Shown here piece by piece: positions 62,340 through 64,000 of a stretch of DNA of 64,000 bases. Under the pieces are notes generated by a model. That model made no database searches and was not told the origin of the DNA. It saw only the letters and a list, made by a program, of their open reading frames with translations. The DNA comes from Spongospora subterranea f. sp. subterranea. Its lineage: Eukaryota. The stretch lies in contig JAUGWO010000121.1 in NCBI GenBank assembly GCA_049724395.1, positions 1 through 64,000 of the forward strand, read 5' to 3'. The position numbers and the translations under genes are program-made. Position 1 is the stretch's first letter. Each line of letters opens with the position of its first letter.

Positions 62340-64000
62340 TTACGAATCTACGTCTGGATTCGTTTCTGGGTCATGAGGACGTGAAGACGATACTTCTAGC
62401 TGTCTCCGAGCAGGCGGAGTCTTATTCACGGCTCTGGTTCGGGGGGATTGGGTTGAATTGGTCTTTCGCGATGATAACATTCTGGCTTGACGCTCCCGCT
62501 CATCACGTTCGCGCCGTTGTTGAGATGCACGGAGGATCCGTTCATCTCTCTGCTTTTCGAGCTGCTCCTCTCGTTGTGCAGCAGCGGCAACATCCTCGGG
62601 AGATACAACATGATCATCTTGCGCTATTAATGATTCCAGTACACAATCAGTCTCTGTCTTACCCACTACAGCTGACGGCCCCGCCTTTGGAAGATTTGTG
62701 CATTGATTGTCAACAGAATCTTCCGACATCAATATGGAACCTACATCCTTGGACTGCCAACAGTTATCATTGCGATCAGATGTCTCATGAGACCCATAAG
62801 ATTGCCCACACTGAACACCCTCTTGCTTCTCTGGAGCCTTGTTTTGATGGGGACCAGGGTTGATGATTATCTCAGTTGTTATGTTAGTCACCGATACTTG
62901 TAATGGCATATCTTGTTCTTCAATATCGCTTTTTTCCTTCATATCGATAATGCTCGACATTGGAGTATCAACAAAGTCATCCTCCCGCTCAAAGTGTTCG
63001 TCATGATTCCCGTCAAAATGTTCTGGTATTTTAGAAACGGTATTGTCGGCGACGGCTTCATGAAGATAATTCGATGTGTCGCATCTCTGATGTGCTTCAA
63101 CATTGTACACGTTTTGCTCTTCTCCTGGAGGGTTGCTGCCCACAGTTTGCGCTTTTACACCTTGTACGTGTTCTTTGATTTTGTCCTTTTGAAGTGCTGT
63201 ATGAGTATCAGTGCCTCTTGTATCCGTAAAATAGCCAGGGTCACGTTCGCTAGTTTTAGATAACAACTCAAATTCGGACCTAACAGAAGGTAATGGCGCG
63301 TCAGTGATCCTATTTGGCCTTGGAGGGTTGTTTTCATTGCCGGGTCCATCCAATGACAAGTGCGAGGAAGGCGTGACCCATGAAAACATATTTTGTTCGA
63401 GACGCTCATGATGCGTTTTCAACCTGGAAGTCTGGTGTTGGTAACGAAAGGGGAGAGCCCAACGCTGTTCCACCCTATTTTCCAAGCTAGAAAGATCTTG
63501 TTTCAACTTCGTACACTCTCGTTCTAACGCTTTACAGTGTAATTGAGTTTCTTCGTAGACCAGCGTGAGTTTCTCTTCCTCGTTCAGCTTACGGTTTAGC
63601 TCGTTGGCTAAAAATTGAACTTGTTGCTGCTGTTGATCACTTCGCTTCTCCCATTCACCTTTCAATTTAGCCAAAATTGTTTCATGATCTGCTGCAAGGG
63701 CTGAGATATGTTTGCCTTGTGAAATTTCGAGTTCTAGGTTAACTTTCTTCATGTCTTCATTCAATTGCTCCAGCGATGAAATTGTCTCGTCTCGAGATCT
63801 TAACGCTCCGGTTAATTCCTAGATAATAGGTTTAGGACTTGAGAATATGTGAGGTATAGTATCTACATAATCTCTCATGGAGTAGCTTTTTACTTCCTGC
63901 CGAAGCTGACATAATTCTGAGCCTTGCGAAATTAATTGCTCTGGATGCAGGTTACATATGTGATATCGACATGACCTTGTGCATTACCTTTTAATCTTGT
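62340..64000 (-). CDS. C-terminal part of a large coiled-coil/disordered protein (continues beyond the window)
   Basis: 474-aa ORF with heptad repeats. Acceptor-like TCTAG near 63820 implies upstream exons. Confidence 0.6.

Overview
Eukaryotic, gene-dense protist DNA with many short (~45-65 nt) GT-AG introns. There are no prokaryotic operons, rRNA, tRNA or CRISPR. Ciliary genes (TMEM17, a SAXO-like protein) and an alveolate-type P4-ATPase/guanylyl cyclase chimera point to a flagellated SAR-group protist, possibly a phytomyxean rhizarian; this is inference only. Bases ~0.5-11.5 kb form a transposon island: a Ty3/Gypsy relic, a Crinkler-like REase-kinase gene, a structurally complete MULE (TIRs, 8-bp TSD, intact spliced DDE transposase, internal inverted duplication), a foldback remnant of a second MULE family and a duplicated Gag-like fragment. 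A second accessory patch at ~17.7-21.2 kb holds a small secreted ORF, a hAT relic and an intronless BTB gene between 25-bp direct repeats. The rest is mostly core genes: PPR, LRR, EIPR1, MCCC1, TIM44, SHMT, C2H2-ZF, SNRPA1, SLC12, NT-C2, AspRS, TMEM17, TAF8. The most notable candidates are (i) a PAM2 + apparently dead PAP/OAS1-like nucleotidyltransferase + wHTH + U-box protein lying divergently from a LOTUS-CCCH-PAM2-SAM protein, and (ii) a pseudo-flippase-guanylyl cyclase fusion. Several single-base frame breaks in short homopolymers suggest assembly indel errors, so pseudogene calls are cautious. Exon boundaries were read by eye and all domain calls come from motif recognition, not database searches.
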